The notes beneath the pieces are model-generated. The model worked only from the letters and a program-made list of their open reading frames with translations. It did no database searches and was not told the DNA's origin. Positions 63,210-64,000 of a stretch of 64,000 bases of DNA are shown here, one piece after another. Source of the DNA: an uncultured Gemmatimonadaceae bacterium. Its GTDB lineage: Bacteria; Gemmatimonadota; Gemmatimonadetes; Gemmatimonadales; Gemmatimonadaceae. Numbering within the stretch: the stretch's first letter is position 1; each line of letters begins with the position of its first letter. A program made the translations under genes and the position numbers. Location: assembly GCA_963790305.1 (NCBI GenBank), contig CAWBOC010000003.1:32001-96000 (forward strand), written 5' to 3'.

Positions 63210-64000
63210 TCACCGCCGGACGATCGATACGAGATCCAGAATGGGAATGCCCACCGGGGAGCTCCGTCCGGTGCGCACGCGCGCGGTGATGACCGCGTTG
63301 GTGAGTGGCGCGATCGCCGACACCGCATCGAGCATAGAGGGCGGGATCGCGAGATACAGAAGCGCACTCTCCGTGTCGGGCCCCCGCGCGATGACGTAGG
63401 GCTCGTTCTCGGCGAGCTCACGCCGAAGGGGATCGGCCCGTTGAACCGGCGACAGGACTTGAACGTTCCAGCGCACGATTACCCCGCGTGTTCGTTCCGG
63501 GTCCGCGCGAAGATCGGCAGCGCTGAGGCGCGTCTGCACCGTCGTGTCCACGGACTGAAGCTCGTTCTCGCGCACCCACCCTTCGACGCGAACGCGCACC
63601 CAGTCACGGTCGCGAGCCAGCGGGACGACGACCGCGCCCGGGCGAATGCCGCCTATCGAGTCGCCGTCCGGGGCGAGCCGCATGGCCGTCTGACGTGTCG
63701 GGGTGAGACCATTCCCAATGGGTGGATCGGGAACGCGAGTGGGTGCGGGAGGAGGCGCCGGGGCCTGAGCGGTCTCCACGGATCCCGCCTGCTCGCGCGT
63801 CTCGGATGCCGGCTCCGAGCGCAGGCGTGCGCTGGGGATCCATGCGACGCGTCGAACGCGAACCCACTCGCCTCTTCGCGAGACCTGCGTGAGTCCCATC
63901 CCGTCGCGAAGATTGGCGACTGTCGCCGCGTTGAGGGCTGGCGACTCGCGCAGCCGGGCGCCGGAGGGAGCGCGGACGGAGAGCGCGAAGCTGTCGCGTC
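63210..64000 (-). CDS. Protein with two or more SH3b-like repeats and a C-terminal putative OB-like domain; 5' end lies outside the window
   Basis: The frame is open to the window edge: RLRESP...LRDG...GEWVRV...WI and MRLAP...IRPG...DWVRV..EGWV, joined by a Pro-rich linker. Confidence 0.7.
   Translation of the reverse strand, partial: RDSFALSVRAPSGARLRESPALNAATVANLRDGMGLTQVSRRGEWVRVRRVAWIPSARLRSEPASETREQAGSVETAQAPAPPPAPTRVPDPPIGNGLTPTRQTAMRLAPDGDSIGGIRPGAVVVPLARDRDWVRVRVEGWVRENELQSVDTTVQTRLSAADLRADPERTRGVIVRWNVQVLSPVQRADPLRRELAENEPYVIARGPDTESALLYLAIPPSMLDAVSAIAPLTNAVITARVRTGRSSPVGIPILDLVSIVRR

Overview
A GC-rich bacterial chromosomal segment of mostly core genes; gene content and order suggest Gemmatimonadota (inference). 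It contains: htrA end, tRNA-Leu(TAG), tig-clpP-clpX-lon-engB, a PilB/GspE ATPase with a receiver domain, trpE, an FHA-GAF adenylate cyclase, an LPS-core locus (Kdo kinase, five GT9s, GT4, GT2, a split DUF4254 pair), maf-dtd-glmS-glmM, two chemoreceptors, an HD-GYP regulator, purD-mutM-uvrC-like, a futalosine-type menaquinone operon, an ECF sigma/anti-sigma module, DUF62-MATE-mrp-nifU-DHH, guaB and a peptidoglycan-remodelling cluster. Many genes in 1-19.4 kb and near 33.6 kb carry single-base frameshifts that look like long-read indel errors. No CRISPR array, transposase, integrase, reverse transcriptase or rRNA was seen. The best candidates for new biology are: (1) a cell-wall cluster pairing an active L,D-transpeptidase with a catalytically dead paralogue, two M15 peptidases carrying EF-hand-like inserts and an SH3 protein; (2) a membrane-only chemoreceptor translationally coupled inside the menaquinone operon; (3) about a dozen intergenic palindromes built from 7- or 9-nt tandem units, forming at least two recurring families. 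All family assignments come from recognising motifs by eye, not from database searches.
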